64,000 nucleotides of DNA from Syncephalis fuscata S228. Its lineage: Eukaryota; Fungi; Zoopagomycota. The notes beneath the pieces are model-generated. The model was not told where the DNA came from, searched no databases, and saw only the letters and a program-made list of their open reading frames with translations. The stretch covers positions 330,703 to 394,702 of the forward strand of contig JAHLTZ010000027.1 in assembly GCA_025786725.1 (NCBI GenBank). Reading direction: 5' to 3'. Positions within the stretch are counted from its first letter, which is position 1, and each line of letters opens with the position of its first letter. This document shows, in pieces, positions 62,650 through 64,000 of the stretch. The position numbers were made by a program, and so were the translations under genes.

Positions 62650-63375
62650 CTTTTTAATTACGGATGCTATTTGGGATATATATATATATATCGTGCGTAT
62701 TATAAACCTGGATTAAATGTCTGATTATTAAGAATAATAATAGCTAGATGATTTTATTGAATTTTGCTCATTGATTGTATTACCGTTTTTTTTAGTACAA
62801 CATATAAGATTGTAATTTAAGGATAGTGACGCTGAATACATTATATTAATTGGAATGATATTTTAATATTGAATGTATTTAGTTTTATATTAAAAGATAC
62901 GACAGATGGAAATGTGATAGCATCCTGTTCTAACGCTATAAATTCAAAAATGTATAAGTAATTTATGAAAATAACTCGATAATATAATGTAAAGTAAATC
63001 ATTATTCTAAACGTTCTACTATTTACAAAACAACCGTTCACATGTATCCAAATGTAACGTAAACACTACAGATACATTTAGTTGTCACTTACTATTTGGA
63101 CACCAGCGATTGATAAGTATTTTTGTTATAAAACAGTATTTATATGCTCTCTAATTGCAATATATACAACCTATATTATTTGCGAACAACCAACAATTCA
63201 GCGGCAGATCTTGCAATAATTAGACATTAATTTGTTGTTATAGCATTGTTTCGCTATTTAACTCATATGGCTATAATACAAATGACAGCGCATGCTACTC
63301 AAGAGTTATAAATAAAACACCAATATTATACTAGCGCCAATGTATTAATATTAAATAACTTATTAATGATCTAGC

Positions 63376-63480
63376 GTGATTTGGTGTTAAATGATTACAT
63401 TTATAGCACCCGCATAATTAAAGTTAACGTTTGTTTTATTAAATATAGACCTGGATGGTGAGTGACATCAGTGATCAAAA
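63376..63480 (+). repeat. Degenerate partial third copy of the dispersed repeat
   Basis: gtgatttggtgttaaatgattacat and ggatggtgagtgacatcagtgatcaaa match the 5' part of copies 1 and 2. Confidence 0.65.
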
Positions 63481-64000
63481 TGCATATATAGTATACGACG
63501 TGTTGGCTATTAATAAATATTATTAATTTTATATATGATTAAATCGATATAAAATATAGAATGAAGAAATAAAGATTGTGAAATGTTATTATAAATATTA
63601 AGTGAAAAATTAGTAACAATCATTAAAAAATGATCATAATAATTATCATATTATTTAAAGTCAGTAAACTCCAAGAAATATTAGCTTCTTCGAAACCGAT
63701 CCGGTATAAGACCACTCAATCGTATACTCTCAAGAATATGCTTGAAATTAAAATAGCAGCCAAATTACAATGCCGCAATCTTGTACCCGTAAAAGTTTCA
63801 TAAGCTTTCTTACAATTTTGGTTTGGGCACCTACAAATAATCTAGATGCCAGAATAAAATATATATTTTGTATTCAGTCTATAAATTATAGTACCTTATA
63901 AGTGTATGACACTTTACTTTTGGATGATTTCTATATTAATACAGAAGTGGATTATCAATTATTTTAAATGTTTCTAAACTTTGAGCTTGACAACTGGGAC

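Noticed and set aside
1-64000. tRNA, rRNA, CRISPR arrays, autonomous transposons
   Set aside because: None recognised by eye; a covariance-model scan was not possible.

Overview
Eukaryotic, fungal-type genomic DNA. Introns are short (~50-100 nt), AT-rich and GT-AG, and intergenic DNA is AT-rich with microsatellites. The gene content (including a COP1 orthologue) suggests an early-diverging, non-Dikarya fungus; a Zoopagomycota-like parasite is a guess only. About 18 protein-coding genes can be supported. Core genes are cullin-1, a PH-domain protein, two OPT transporters, an F-box/LRR protein, a Ral2/Mds3-like Kelch-BTB protein, a COP1-like RING-WD40 ligase, a p24 protein, TFIIF-beta and Fcf2. 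Secreted proteins include two ricin-B paralogs and an expansin/RlpA-like protein. The main finding is a ~15 kb cluster (16.5-31.3 kb) of four intron-containing genes: DUF1365, a CFA-synthase-type methyltransferase, an FAD-dependent 'amine oxidase'-family oxidoreductase, and a second CFA/CNMT-type methyltransferase. These match the families of the bacterial furan-fatty-acid (UfaM/UfaD/UfaO) operon, so this is a candidate fungal furan or methyl-branched fatty acid gene cluster. The genes form two head-to-head pairs, each followed by a secreted ricin-B-lectin/toxin-like paralog that carries an internal dibasic-flanked insert. Five genes' worth of reading-frame breaks (four genes, five sites) all correspond to a single missing base and are probably assembly errors. 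All family assignments come from motif recognition by eye; no searches were run.
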